Positions 36,676 through 48,493 of a stretch of 64,000 nt of DNA are shown piece by piece (the stretch's first letter is position 1; every line of letters starts with the position of its first letter). The DNA comes from an uncultured bacterium. Its GTDB lineage: Bacteria > Sysuimicrobiota > Sysuimicrobiia > Sysuimicrobiales > Sysuimicrobiaceae. The translations under genes and the position numbers were made by a program. The stretch is taken from positions 6,959 to 70,958 of the forward strand of contig CALIMJ010000027.1 of assembly GCA_938028835.1 (NCBI GenBank), in the 5' to 3' direction. The notes under the pieces are model-generated. The model was not told the DNA's origin. It searched no databases and saw only the letters and a program-made list of their open reading frames with translations.

Positions 36676-37348
36676 GACGGCCACCGACACGGCCAGCGTG
36701 GCCCTGGTGGACGGCTCCGGCCTCCTGGCGGAACGCACCGTGCGAGGGCCTGGAAGGTCTCTGGAGTGGTTGGCCCCCGCCATCTGGGGACTCCTGCAGG
36801 ACGTGGGCTGGGGTCCAGACGTCGTGGAGGGGGTGGCGGTGTCCGTGGGCCCCGGATCGTTCACGGGGCTGCGGGTGGGGATCGCCACGGCGGTAGGATG
36901 GGCACGGGCACGGAACCTGCCCGCCTGCGGGGTTCCGACCCTGGAAGCTCTGGCCGCAGTCGTGGAGGCTTCCACCGTGGGGGTGCTAGTGGACGCCAGG
37001 CGCGGCGAGGTGGCGGCAGCGCTGTTCCAGCGCCGCGACGGCCGCGTGGTCCGGCTGGTGGAAGAGCTGGTGGCACCACCGGAGGAGGTACTAAACGCCT
37101 TCCGCGCAGCGGGCGACGCCGCCAGAGGCTGCGTGCTGGTCGGGGACGGGTTGGCGCGGTGGGCCGCGGTGTTCACGCGGGCACTGCCGGACAGTCGCCT
37201 GGCGGACCCGACGTCCTGGAGCCCGAGGGCGGCTTCGGTGGCCTGGCTCGGCCGGCAGCGTCTGCTGGAAGGCCGAGCACAGCCGTTGGTGCACATCCAG
37301 CCGTGGTACGGCCGCACGCCTGCGTTCCGGCAGGTGGGACGAGGATGA
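36656..37348 (+). CDS. tsaB: t6A biosynthesis protein TsaB
   Basis: LGVETAT, GPGSFTGLRVG, DARRGEV. Confidence 0.92.
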   Translation: MRVLGVETATDTASVALVDGSGLLAERTVRGPGRSLEWLAPAIWGLLQDVGWGPDVVEGVAVSVGPGSFTGLRVGIATAVGWARARNLPACGVPTLEALAAVVEASTVGVLVDARRGEVAAALFQRRDGRVVRLVEELVAPPEEVLNAFRAAGDAARGCVLVGDGLARWAAVFTRALPDSRLADPTSWSPRAASVAWLGRQRLLEGRAQPLVHIQPWYGRTPAFRQVGRG

Positions 37349-37857
37349 AGCTGGTGGCGTCGGTTCAGATCGAGCCCATGCGGCTGCAGGACCTCCCGCG
37401 GGTCCTGGAGATCGAGCGCCAGTGCTTTTCCACCCCGTGGCCCCGGGACGCCTACCGCCGGGAGCTGCAGGAGAACCGCAGCGCCTGCTACCTGGTGGCG
37501 CGGCAGAACGGAGTGGTGGTGGGCTATGCGGGCATGTGGGTGATCCTGGAGGAGGCCCACGTGACGACCCTCGCGGTGGAGCCGCGCTGCCGGAGGCGGA
37601 AGATCGGGGAGCGGTTGCTTGCAGCCCTCATCGAGGAGGCGCGGGCGCGCGGGGCGCGGTGGGTGACCCTGGAGGTCCGGCGGTCTAACCACGCGGCCCA
37701 GGCCCTGTACCGTAAGTACGGCTTCCGGGAGGTCCACGTGCGGCCGCGGTACTACAGCGACAACGGCGAGGACGCCCTCATCATGTGGACCGGGAACATC
37801 TGGGAGGAGCCCTTCCGATCGCAGTTCGAGGCCCTGAAGGGGGCCCTGCCGTGGTGA
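37345..37857 (+). CDS. rimI: Ribosomal-protein-alanine N-acetyltransferase
   Basis: F.TPW, LEVR.SN..AQ.LY.KYGF, YY.DNGEDA..M. Confidence 0.9.
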   Translation: MKLVASVQIEPMRLQDLPRVLEIERQCFSTPWPRDAYRRELQENRSACYLVARQNGVVVGYAGMWVILEEAHVTTLAVEPRCRRRKIGERLLAALIEEARARGARWVTLEVRRSNHAAQALYRKYGFREVHVRPRYYSDNGEDALIMWTGNIWEEPFRSQFEALKGALPW

Positions 37858-38966
37858 GGGGGCGGGAAGGCGCGCAGCGTCCTCCGGTGTACGGGCAGCC
37901 GGTTCTGGGGATCGAGACGTCCTGCGACGAGACCGCGGCCGCGGTGGTCCAGGGCACGGAAGTGCGGTCCAACGTGGTGGCCTCGCAGGTGGACCTGCAC
38001 CACCGCTACGGCGGGGTGGTGCCCGAGCTGGCGGCGCGCCGGCACGTGGAGCGCCTGGTGGCGGTGGTGGACGAGGCCCTGGAACGCGCCGAGGTGGAGG
38101 TGGCGGACCTGGGGGCGGTGGCGGTGACGTGCGGGCCGGGTCTGGTGGGCGCACTCGCCGTGGGCGTGGCGTTTGCCAAGGCCCTGAGCCTGGCCGCCGG
38201 TAAGCCCCTTGTGGGCGTGAACCACCTGGAGGGGCACATCTACGCCAACGTCCTCGTTTACGGGCCTTTCCCCACGCCCGCCCTGGCCCTGGTGGTGTCC
38301 GGGGCCCACACCGACCTGTTGTGGATCCCGGAGTACGGCCGGTACCGCGTGCTCGGGCGAACCCGGGACGACGCCGCGGGCGAAGCCTTCGACAAGGCCG
38401 CCCGGGCTATGGGCCTGGGCTACCCGGGTGGACCGGAGATCGACCGGCTAAGCCAGAAGGGAGACCCTGCCCGCGTCCCCATGCCGGAGCCGCTGGCTTC
38501 GGAGGATGGGTACGACTTCAGCTTCAGCGGGCTGAAGACCGCGGTCCTGCGGGCACTGCAGCAGAGCCCACCTCCGGAGGTGGCGGACCTGGCCGCAGCG
38601 TTCCAGCAGGCGGTGGTGTCCCACCTGGTCCGCAGGACGGTACGGGCCGCCCGGGACCTGCGGCCAGCCTGTTTGCTCCTGGGCGGGGGGGTGGCGGCCA
38701 ACCGGGCCCTGCGGGAGCGGCTTTCACGGGAAGCGGACCGCCTGGGCATCCCCCTGTGGTTGCCGCCGGCGTGGCTGTGCACCGACAACGCGGCCATGAT
38801 CGCGTGCGCGGGCGCGTTCCGGCTGGCCCGCGGCGAGCGGGCCCCCCTGGACCTGGGGGCGTGGGCCGACCTCCCCTGGCAAGACGGCACAGGCGGGCGC
38901 GTGGGCCCTTCACATCCGCCGCAGCAGCCGGGACGAGTTTCCGAGGATAAACAGGTCCGGCAGTGA
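37854..38966 (+). CDS. tsaD: t6A transferase TsaD
   Basis: LGIETSCDET, GGVVPE, HLEGH, DDAAGEAFDK, FSFSGLKT, CTDN. Confidence 0.95.
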   Translation: MRGREGAQRPPVYGQPVLGIETSCDETAAAVVQGTEVRSNVVASQVDLHHRYGGVVPELAARRHVERLVAVVDEALERAEVEVADLGAVAVTCGPGLVGALAVGVAFAKALSLAAGKPLVGVNHLEGHIYANVLVYGPFPTPALALVVSGAHTDLLWIPEYGRYRVLGRTRDDAAGEAFDKAARAMGLGYPGGPEIDRLSQKGDPARVPMPEPLASEDGYDFSFSGLKTAVLRALQQSPPPEVADLAAAFQQAVVSHLVRRTVRAARDLRPACLLLGGGVAANRALRERLSREADRLGIPLWLPPAWLCTDNAAMIACAGAFRLARGERAPLDLGAWADLPWQDGTGGRVGPSHPPQQPGRVSEDKQVRQ

Positions 38967-40973
38967 CTGGGCCGCGGCCGCCAGGGGCGGGGACAGCACG
39001 CCCCCCGCGGCCAGCGTAAGCCCGGCGACGTTGTAGGCGGCCGTGAACAGCAGGTTCAGCCACACGGTCCCCATGAACCGCCGCGCCAGGCGGAACAGCT
39101 GGGGGATTAGGGACCAGTCCTCGCGCAGGAGCACCACGTGGGCCGCCTCCACGGCCACCGCGGTCCCCGCCGAGCCCATGGCCACCCCGACGTGCGCCTG
39201 CGCGAGGGCCGGAGCGTCGTTGACCCCGTCACCCACCATGACCACCACGTGCCCCTTCCTCTGGTAGTGGCGGACCACCTCGATCTTGTCTTCCGGCAGT
39301 AGGCGCGCCCGCCACGCGATACCGAGCTGTCCGGCCAGCTCCCGCGCGGCGGCCTCGCTGTCCCCCGTGAGGAGTTCCACGCGCTGCACTCCCAGGGCCA
39401 CTAGCTGCTTCAGGCACTCCGCCACACCCGGACGCGGCCGGTCCGCCAGAGCCAGAAGGCCTGCCGCCCGGCCGTCCACGGTTACCACCACCACGGTCCT
39501 GCCCTGCTGCTCGAGCTGGCCTGATGGGCCGTCGGGAGCCGGTCCCTGCGGCTTCCCCACCGTGACCTCCCGACCCAAGACGCGGGCCCGCACGCCGACC
39601 CCAGGTAGCGCCTCGAACGTTTCCGGAGGGATCACGTCCAGCTGGCGGGCCTGCGCGGCGCGCCGGACGGCCTCCCCGAGGGGATGCTCGGAGTACCACT
39701 CCGCGGAAGCCGCCAGGGCGAGGACCTCCTCCGGTCGCTGTCCGTCCAGGGCCACCACGTCCACCACCTCCGGCCGTCCCACGGTGAGGGTGCCGGTTTT
39801 GTCCACCAGGACCACGTCCGCCCGTGCCAGGAGCTCCAGGTAACGACCTCCCTTCACCAGCACGCCCCTGCGGGCCGCGGCGCCCACGCTGGCCAGCACC
39901 GCCACGGGGGTGGCCAGGGCGAAGGAGCACGAGCAGGCCACCACCAGCACCGCGGCGGTGGCGAGGGGGTCCTTCCGGAGGAGGAACGTTAGCAGGGCCA
40001 CCGACGCCACGACGGGCAGGTACCAGCCGGAGAACCGGTCCGCAGCCAGCTGCACAGGCCCCCGGTCGCGCTCGGCCTCCTGGACCATGCGGATCACGCG
40101 GCCGAAGGTGCTCTCCGGCCCCACGGCGGCGGCACGGACCCGGAGGTAGCCGGCCCGCACCACGCTGGCCGCGAAGACCTCGCTGCCGGGCTGCACGTCC
40201 ACGGGCATGGGCTCTCCGGTGATCGCCGCCTGGTCCACCGTGGCGGTCCCCTCCACCACCCGTCCGTCCACCGGCACCGCTTCCCCGGGCGGCACCACCA
40301 CCACTTCGCCCACCTGCACCGTGTCCGCGGGGACCACCACCTCTGCCCCGTCCCGCTCCACCCGGGCTGTCCGGGGGCTCAGGCGGGCGAGGTGCGCCAC
40401 CGCCTCCCGCGCCCGCTCGGTGGTGAAACGCTCCACGAACTCCCCCACCCGCATGAAGAACACCACCACCGCGCCAGCAGCCCACTCCCCCACTGCCGCC
40501 GCGGCCAACAGGCCCACGGTCATGAGGGTGTGAGCCACCACTTGGCCTCGCAGGGCCGCCCGGAGCACGTTGCAGAACACCGGCCATCCACCCGCCAGAA
40601 TGACCGCCATCCAGATCGGCGGGGGCACGCGTCGGGTCAGAGCCTGGAGGAGCCCGGCCCGTTCTCCGAGGACGACCGCCACCAGCACTGCCCCGAACAG
40701 CGCACCCAGCAGCCGCATCAAAGCTCGCCCGTAAGCGGGAGCGGACGGGGGGCGGGCCGGGCCGACCTCGTAGCCTGCACGGCGGAGAGCGTCCTGCAGC
40801 TGCCCGACTCCCGTACGGGAGGGGTCGTAACGCACCACAGCCACACCGGAGGCCAGGAGGACCTCCACCTCCTTGACCCCCGGCACCGCGGCCAGAGCCC
40901 GCTGGACGTGGCGGGCGCAGTCCCCGCAGTCCATGCCGCGGACGGGCAGCTCGGCGGTGGAGGGTGCTGTCAT
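38910..40973 (-). CDS. Heavy-metal P1B-type ATPase (CSC motif)
   Basis: N-terminal GMDCGDC HMA, TGE, ACSCS, DKTGTLT, SEHP, GDGVND. Confidence 0.92.
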   Translation of the reverse strand: MTAPSTAELPVRGMDCGDCARHVQRALAAVPGVKEVEVLLASGVAVVRYDPSRTGVGQLQDALRRAGYEVGPARPPSAPAYGRALMRLLGALFGAVLVAVVLGERAGLLQALTRRVPPPIWMAVILAGGWPVFCNVLRAALRGQVVAHTLMTVGLLAAAAVGEWAAGAVVVFFMRVGEFVERFTTERAREAVAHLARLSPRTARVERDGAEVVVPADTVQVGEVVVVPPGEAVPVDGRVVEGTATVDQAAITGEPMPVDVQPGSEVFAASVVRAGYLRVRAAAVGPESTFGRVIRMVQEAERDRGPVQLAADRFSGWYLPVVASVALLTFLLRKDPLATAAVLVVACSCSFALATPVAVLASVGAAARRGVLVKGGRYLELLARADVVLVDKTGTLTVGRPEVVDVVALDGQRPEEVLALAASAEWYSEHPLGEAVRRAAQARQLDVIPPETFEALPGVGVRARVLGREVTVGKPQGPAPDGPSGQLEQQGRTVVVVTVDGRAAGLLALADRPRPGVAECLKQLVALGVQRVELLTGDSEAAARELAGQLGIAWRARLLPEDKIEVVRHYQRKGHVVVMVGDGVNDAPALAQAHVGVAMGSAGTAVAVEAAHVVLLREDWSLIPQLFRLARRFMGTVWLNLLFTAAYNVAGLTLAAGGVLSPPLAAAAQSLPDLFILGNSSRLLRRM

Positions 40974-41332
40974 GGGGCGTCCTCGTGTTCGGCGTAGCGG
41001 GTGCACTGGTACACGCCGCGCGCCACCTCCGCCAGGATCCGGTCCGCGAGGCGCAACAGGGCGTCCACCCGGCCGTCCGTCAACCGGTAGCGGACGAACC
41101 GGCCGTCCCGCTGCCGCTGTACGAGGCCGCAGTCCCAGAGGCACTGCAGGTGGTTGGACACGTTGGGCTGGCTCAGCCCGGTGGCCTGGACGATCTCCCC
41201 AACGGTTCGCGGGCCTTCCCGAAGGCACTCCAGGATGGCTAGGCGGGATCGGTCCGCGAATCCCCGGAACAGCTTGGCCTTGAGGGCCAGGGCAGTGGGG
41301 TTTGCCTGCAGTCGAGCTGCCAACGAACTCAC
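40970..41332 (-). CDS. ArsR/SmtB repressor, CmtR-like
   Basis: [23 protein letters not shown]-terminal Cys. Confidence 0.88.
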   Translation of the reverse strand: MSSLAARLQANPTALALKAKLFRGFADRSRLAILECLREGPRTVGEIVQATGLSQPNVSNHLQCLWDCGLVQRQRDGRFVRYRLTDGRVDALLRLADRILAEVARGVYQCTRYAEHEDAP

Positions 41333-41338
41333 TCGATC

Positions 41339-41385
41339 ATATCGTTATCTGATGATATCATGCCCGGCGTAGGAGCCCTCGTCAA
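41339..41385 (-). promoter_or_regulatory. Promoter and probable ArsR operator
   Basis: TTGACG-17-CATGAT on the minus strand overlapping the imperfect AT-rich palindrome ATATCGTTATCTGATGATAT (41339-41358). Confidence 0.6.
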
Positions 41386-41392
41386 GGAGGGC

Positions 41393-41459
41393 TTGCGGGG
41401 ACGCACCCGTCCGCCTACACTTAGGGCTTGGATTAGCACTCTCCGGGTGAGAGTGCTAA
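41393..41459 (+). promoter_or_regulatory. groESL promoter with CIRCE (HrcA operator)
   Basis: TTGCGG-17-TACACT followed by perfect TTAGCACTC-N9-GAGTGCTAA at 41433-41459. Confidence 0.95.
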
Positions 41460-41500
41460 TCCCGCACGCCAAATTCCACGGCCAAGGAGGGAGGGTCGCC

Positions 41501-43421
<1,921 letters not shown>

Positions 43422-43441
43422 GCGTCCACGATGGACACGGG

Positions 43442-43479
43442 GCGGGGGAGGGCCGCAGGGCCCTCCCCCGCGTCCTTTT
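43442..43479 (+). terminator. Rho-independent terminator after groEL
   Basis: 13-bp stem GCGGGGGAGGGCC-GCAG-GGCCCTCCCCCGC, then GTCCTTTT. Confidence 0.75.
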
Positions 43480-43526
43480 GCGTATTCTCTGCAGGTGCGC
43501 GGCGCCGGGCGTCGAACTCCGGGGGT

Positions 43527-43922
43527 ATGATTTCTGCCGTACACGCCTTCCGGACCCTCCTGTGGACTGCGGTAGCCCTTCACGCCGGGGTGTTCCTGGT
43601 GGCGTTCGTGCTGGATCTCGCCGGGCGGCGCCTGCCCGGCTGGCTGTGGGGCGTCTACCTGCCCGCGGCGGCGATGGTGGTGGTCCAGGGCCTTTCCGGT
43701 GTCGCGTTGTACGTGTCTGGGTTCAGGCCACCGGACACACTCCACCTGGTCTACGGGCTGCTGTCTCTTGTGGGGGGGGTGGCGGCTTTCGGGCTGCGAC
43801 CCGGGGGCTTCCTCCGCGGGACGGTCCCTGCGCGCCGCGAAGCCCGGGCGGTGGCCCTGGTGTCCCTCACGGTGGCGGCCTTGATGCTGCGGAGCTACCA
43901 GACGGGGACCTTGGCTCGGTAG
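43527..43922 (+). CDS. Small 4-TM membrane protein
   Basis: Hydrophobic ORF with QG..G..L and LHLVYG; start approximate. Confidence 0.65.
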   Translation: MISAVHAFRTLLWTAVALHAGVFLVAFVLDLAGRRLPGWLWGVYLPAAAMVVVQGLSGVALYVSGFRPPDTLHLVYGLLSLVGGVAAFGLRPGGFLRGTVPARREARAVALVSLTVAALMLRSYQTGTLAR

Positions 43923-44000
43923 GAGCCACAGAGCGCGTCGAGCACAGCCTTCCCGCGCGAGCGTGGCCGGTAAGAGGCATCCCCCGATTCCCCTTCCGCT

Positions 44001-44016
44001 TTAAGCGCCCGTTAAG
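44001..44016 (+). promoter_or_regulatory. TTAAG-N6-TTAAG direct-repeat site 1
   Basis: TTAAGcgcccgTTAAG upstream of the amine oxidase. Confidence 0.7.
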
Positions 44017-44087
44017 GGCGGCTGCCGTTGACTCGAAACCGGCCGGGCCCGCAGGGCGGGACGGGTACAGCCGTCAGGAGGAGGTCC

Positions 44088-45674
44088 ATGCGCGCAAGGA
44101 GTGGCGGTCGGACGGTCACGTTCTTTTGGGTCCGGCGCTGGCTGCGGCTTGCGGACCTAGCCAACCGACCCGGAGCTCCGGGGTTGGAGGAGCTGGTGGA
44201 GAGAGGCCGGGAGCGGCGGGTGGGGCGGCGGGAGTTCCTGCGCGCCGCGGGCGGTGCCGCCCTGGTGGCAGCCGGCGAGCTGCTCCGCCCCGTGGAAGTC
44301 CTGGCGGGACCTCAGGCCCCCCGGGTGGTTATCGTGGGCGCGGGGATCGCCGGGCTGGTGGCCGGCTACCACCTGCGTCGGGCCGGGATCCGGGCACGGA
44401 TCTACGAGGCCAGTACCCGTACAGGGGGCCGCATGTTCTCCGTGGCAGGGGCCGTCGTCCCGGGCCTGGTGACCGAATTCGGCGGGGAGTTCATCGACAC
44501 CGGCCACGAAGACATGCACCGTCTGGTGCGCTCGCTGGGTCTGCAGCTAATTGACCTTGAAGGGGGTCCGGAGGCCCGCCTGCGCCCCACCTTCTACTTC
44601 GACAGCCGCCCCATCGCAGAACCGGAGGTGGTGCGCGCGTTCCAGCCCCTGGCCCGACGGATCCGCCAGGACCAGGACGCCGTGGGCGACGTGGTCACCT
44701 ACCGCCAGCACAACCCGCGTGCCCGGGAGCTGGATCGCATGTCCGTCTCCGAGTACCTGGACCGGATCGGGGCGTCCGGGTGGATGAGGGAACTGCTGGA
44801 GGTGGCCTACGTGACGGAGTACGGGCTGGACGCGGCCGAGCAGTCCGCCCTCAACCTGGTACTCCTGATCGGTACGGATCCGGGGTCGACGTTCGAGGTG
44901 TACGGAGACAGCGACGAGCGCTACAGCGTGCGGGGGGGAAGCGGGCTGATCTGCGAGCGGCTGGCCGCCCTCCTCCGGCCTTCCCTGCACCTGGGCCACC
45001 GACTCGTGGCGATCCGGCAGCGGGGCAGCGGTTACCGCCTGGTGTTCGAGCGCAGGGGAGCCGGGACCGTGGAGGTGGACGCGGACTTCGTCATCCTCAC
45101 CGTTCCCTTCACCCTCCTGCGACAGGTGGAACTGCAGGTCGACCTGCCACCCGCCAAGCGGCGGGCCATCCAGGAACTGGGCTACGGTACCAACAGCAAG
45201 CTCATCCTGGGGTTCCGGCAGCGGGTGTGGCGCGCCGGAGGCTCCTCCGGCGAGCTGTTCACCGACCTGCCGTTCCAGAGCGGGTGGGACAGCAGCCGGG
45301 GCAGGCCTGGCACCGCGGGCACGTACACGATTTTCCTCGGCGGCCGGGCGGGGGTGGAGGTGGGCGACGGCCTGGCCGCGGAGCAGGCACAGAGGGCGCT
45401 GCCGGACCTGGAGCGGGTCTTTCCCGGGGTCCGGAGCGCGTACACGGGCCGGGTGGCCCGCTGGCACTGGCCCTCGGATCCCTTCGCGCGGGGCAGTTAC
45501 GCGTGCTGGAAGGTGGGACAGTACACCACCATCGCAGGCGCCGAGTTCGAGCCCGTGGGTCGGCTGCTGTTCGCGGGCGAGCACACGAGCCTGAACTACC
45601 AGGGCTACATGAACGGCGCTGCGGAGACCGGAAGGCGGGCCGCACAGCGGATCCGCAGGCTCGTGCGCAGGTAG
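44088..45674 (+). CDS. Flavin-containing monoamine oxidase family protein
   Basis: GAGIAGL, EA..R.GGR, GGEFID, GSY, FAGEH, GYMNGA; GRREFL Tat-like motif; GGAGG RBS. Confidence 0.88.
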   Translation: MRARSGGRTVTFFWVRRWLRLADLANRPGAPGLEELVERGRERRVGRREFLRAAGGAALVAAGELLRPVEVLAGPQAPRVVIVGAGIAGLVAGYHLRRAGIRARIYEASTRTGGRMFSVAGAVVPGLVTEFGGEFIDTGHEDMHRLVRSLGLQLIDLEGGPEARLRPTFYFDSRPIAEPEVVRAFQPLARRIRQDQDAVGDVVTYRQHNPRARELDRMSVSEYLDRIGASGWMRELLEVAYVTEYGLDAAEQSALNLVLLIGTDPGSTFEVYGDSDERYSVRGGSGLICERLAALLRPSLHLGHRLVAIRQRGSGYRLVFERRGAGTVEVDADFVILTVPFTLLRQVELQVDLPPAKRRAIQELGYGTNSKLILGFRQRVWRAGGSSGELFTDLPFQSGWDSSRGRPGTAGTYTIFLGGRAGVEVGDGLAAEQAQRALPDLERVFPGVRSAYTGRVARWHWPSDPFARGSYACWKVGQYTTIAGAEFEPVGRLLFAGEHTSLNYQGYMNGAAETGRRAAQRIRRLVRR

Positions 45675-45681
45675 CGCCTCC

Positions 45682-47559
45682 TCAGAGGAGGAGCCGGTTC
45701 CACAACGCCCACAGCAGGGCCGCGCCGGCCCAGCCCGCCCGGCTTCGAACCCCGAAAGCGGCTCCAGCCAGCGCGGCCCCTGCCCAGGCCACCAGCTGGG
45801 CCCGGCTGAGCATCTCCGTGGCCCGCACCTCCCCCAGCCTCTGGATCACCAGGTCCGTCCAGGGTGCGAAGGGCACGGGCAGGGGCAAAGGTTCGTAGAA
45901 GAACGCCAGCGTCCCGCTCGCCAGCAGGACGCCTGCTCCCAACCGCAGTCCGGTAGGACCGGCGACGGCCCACCCGCTGGCGCGCAGCGCCACGGGCCAC
46001 AGGAGCACCGCCACAGCCGGCGACCCGGTCCGGAGATCCGGGAGGAGCAGGGCCGCCGGCAACGCGGAGAAGTAACCCGCGAGGAACAAGCGCGTCGAAG
46101 GGATCTGCACGCCCCACCCCGCGACCAGTCTCGTCAGCAGGTGTGGTACCCCCCACAGCAACATGCCGAGGAAGGGGTAGAGGGTCGTGGTCCGCACAGC
46201 GTCCCCGGGCTCTGCGGCGAACCGGAAGCTGGTGGCAGTGATCCCCAGGAGCGCCACCGCCAGGACCGTCAACGCCCCGGCGGCTGTGCCTCGCCCGACA
46301 CCCTTCGCGGTCTGCTTGAACTCCTCCAGCAGCACCGGCGCAGACGCCAGAACGAGGGGCCACCAGCCTGAAGGCTCCTCCACCTCGGACAGCCCCGTCC
46401 AGGCCTGGGCGCCGGCCCAGTACACGAGCGCCAGGACCACGCCGGAGGCCAGCCCGTCCGCCGCTGCGTCCACGGGGTCGGGTGCCCGGGTCCCGCGAAG
46501 CCACGTCACAGCTCCCGCGAGCAGCATCAGAGCACCGCACACCACCAGCCCGTCTATCCACGCACTGCGCAGGAAGCCGCCCACCAGCCAGAGGACGGAC
46601 AGCGGCAGGGGTTCCAGCACGGCCCGGGGCAGCAAGGCTGCCAGCAGGGCCGTGCTTCCCACAACCGTCAGTGTCCCCGCAACCCCATAGGGGACCCAGC
46701 GGCGTGCCAGCAGGCCGCGCAGCCGGCCCACCGCCCGCTCCGCGAGCTCTGAGGCGTCGTCCACCAGGTCCGCGGCCAGCCACATCCAGAACAGGCCCAG
46801 GAACGTGAACAGAGCGCCGTAACCCAGGTGCAGGGCCTGCGCGAGCCGCGCGGGGTTCTGCAGGACGCCCCATGCGTAGACCACCGCCATGCTCCAGAAC
46901 AGGGCGGCCCGCTCCCGCTGAAAGGCGCCGGGGGGCCTGCGCACCAGCGCCCAACCGACAGCCGCGTACACCCCCGTCCACACGAGGACCGAAATCCACA
47001 GGGGCTGCAGGATGACCGGGCTCAGCCGCCCGAGGAGCAGGGCCCACGGGAACAGCCACGTGGCGCGAGCCCGGTCCTCCGCGATCCGTCTGGCTTCCAC
47101 CGCGTAGAGGACCCAGGCGGGCAGGAGGGCCACGACGCGGGGAAGCGCCATTACGGGCGCCAGGAGGAGGTACCAAAGCACGTACAGGCCCGCGGCGAAC
47201 CGCACCACAGGGTGCCGGCCCCGGATCTCCGACAGCCCGAGGGCGAAGGCCAGCGCGGCGACCCCTCCCAGGAGGGCCAGGGCGGCGGGTGTACCGAGCA
47301 GGCGGGAGCGCTCGGTCGCGGGCGCGGAGACGACGAGCCCGAACCCGGCCAGGGTACCCGCGAAGAGTACGAACCCTAGGATTCCCCAGGGCCCCAGCCG
47401 CAGCAGCAGCACCCAGGCACTGGCCGCCTGCCGTAGGTCCCTCCACTTGACGGGCAGGCCGAGGTACTGTGCCACCGCGTCGAGTCCCCTGGCGGCTACG
47501 GACGTGAGCCGGCGAAGCCGCGTTAACGGGGCCGCGCGGCCCTCACCCGGTCCCTCCAT
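45682..47559 (-). CDS. Large polytopic membrane protein of unknown function
   Basis: 625 aa with many hydrophobic segments; overlaps the upstream PrsW-like gene end. Confidence 0.7.
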   Translation of the reverse strand: MEGPGEGRAAPLTRLRRLTSVAARGLDAVAQYLGLPVKWRDLRQAASAWVLLLRLGPWGILGFVLFAGTLAGFGLVVSAPATERSRLLGTPAALALLGGVAALAFALGLSEIRGRHPVVRFAAGLYVLWYLLLAPVMALPRVVALLPAWVLYAVEARRIAEDRARATWLFPWALLLGRLSPVILQPLWISVLVWTGVYAAVGWALVRRPPGAFQRERAALFWSMAVVYAWGVLQNPARLAQALHLGYGALFTFLGLFWMWLAADLVDDASELAERAVGRLRGLLARRWVPYGVAGTLTVVGSTALLAALLPRAVLEPLPLSVLWLVGGFLRSAWIDGLVVCGALMLLAGAVTWLRGTRAPDPVDAAADGLASGVVLALVYWAGAQAWTGLSEVEEPSGWWPLVLASAPVLLEEFKQTAKGVGRGTAAGALTVLAVALLGITATSFRFAAEPGDAVRTTTLYPFLGMLLWGVPHLLTRLVAGWGVQIPSTRLFLAGYFSALPAALLLPDLRTGSPAVAVLLWPVALRASGWAVAGPTGLRLGAGVLLASGTLAFFYEPLPLPVPFAPWTDLVIQRLGEVRATEMLSRAQLVAWAGAALAGAAFGVRSRAGWAGAALLWALWNRLLL

Positions 47560-48458
47560 CTCTCCACCGCTACAGGGTTAGCCAGACCGCGGGCCACCCA
47601 CCACTTGGCCGCAGCCAGTCTCAGAAGGGCGTGACGTACGGCCGAGGGCACCCCTCTGCCGTCGGCGAGGAGGGTGTAGAACTCTTCCTCGGAGACGAGC
47701 CCCGTGGCCACCTCCTCCCGAAGGAGGCTCCATAGGACGCGCTGCCGGCGCGCCCGCCATCCGTACAACCCTGCCAGGACAGCCAGGCCGGTGGACTCGA
47801 GCAGGAGCAGGCCCCCGGCTGCAGCTGGGGACCAGGTACCGGGCTGCCGGACGGCGGCAACCAGTGCCAGATAGGAGGCCTGAGCCGCCACGGGCAGAGC
47901 CAGGCCGAGGAGCGCGCCCGCGGCCAGAAAGACCCGCTTTCTCTGCCACAGCTGGTGACTCCAGACCAGAAGCGCCCCGGAGGCCGCGCCCGTGACCGCG
48001 TGGAAGATCCACCCGGCGAGCAGGTGAAGCAGCACCCCGACATCCCCCGGTGTAGCGGGAGCGTGCCGGACCAGGACCCACAGAGCCCAGAGGCCGTAGC
48101 CAGCTCCCGCAAACACACCGCACAGGGCTCCGTCGAAGACGTCCGCCAACCTGCGGCGCTGCGGCCAGACCACCGCGGCCAGCACCAGCGCCTTCGCCGC
48201 TTCCTCGGCGGCTCCAGCCCACGGCGACCCGCCTGCGGCCAGCCAAGCGGGGACGAACCCCGGCCACGGCAGACTGGAAAGGCCCGGGACAGCCGCAGCG
48301 CCCCGGAGCACCAGGGGGACCCCGGCCCCGCCGGCGAGCAGCGACCGCCAGAGCAAGGCCAGGTCCCAGCCCACCGCTGCCCGCCAGGCCAGCAGGCCGT
48401 AGGCCAGCGCCCCCGCACTCAGGAACAAGACCGCTACCGTTTCGGCCACCCTAGCCAC
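47523..48458 (-). CDS. PrsW-family protease paralog 1 (degenerate)
   Basis: AEEAAK, FDG...G, FH motif and shared C-terminal tail; lacks FxxxEN and the second His; start approximate. Confidence 0.7.
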   Translation of the reverse strand: MARVAETVAVLFLSAGALAYGLLAWRAAVGWDLALLWRSLLAGGAGVPLVLRGAAAVPGLSSLPWPGFVPAWLAAGGSPWAGAAEEAAKALVLAAVVWPQRRRLADVFDGALCGVFAGAGYGLWALWVLVRHAPATPGDVGVLLHLLAGWIFHAVTGAASGALLVWSHQLWQRKRVFLAAGALLGLALPVAAQASYLALVAAVRQPGTWSPAAAGGLLLLESTGLAVLAGLYGWRARRQRVLWSLLREEVATGLVSEEEFYTLLADGRGVPSAVRHALLRLAAAKWWVARGLANPVAVERWRDRVRAARPR

Positions 48459-48493
48459 CGGCTTGGTTTGGACCGAGTGTCTTGCCCTGCGGG

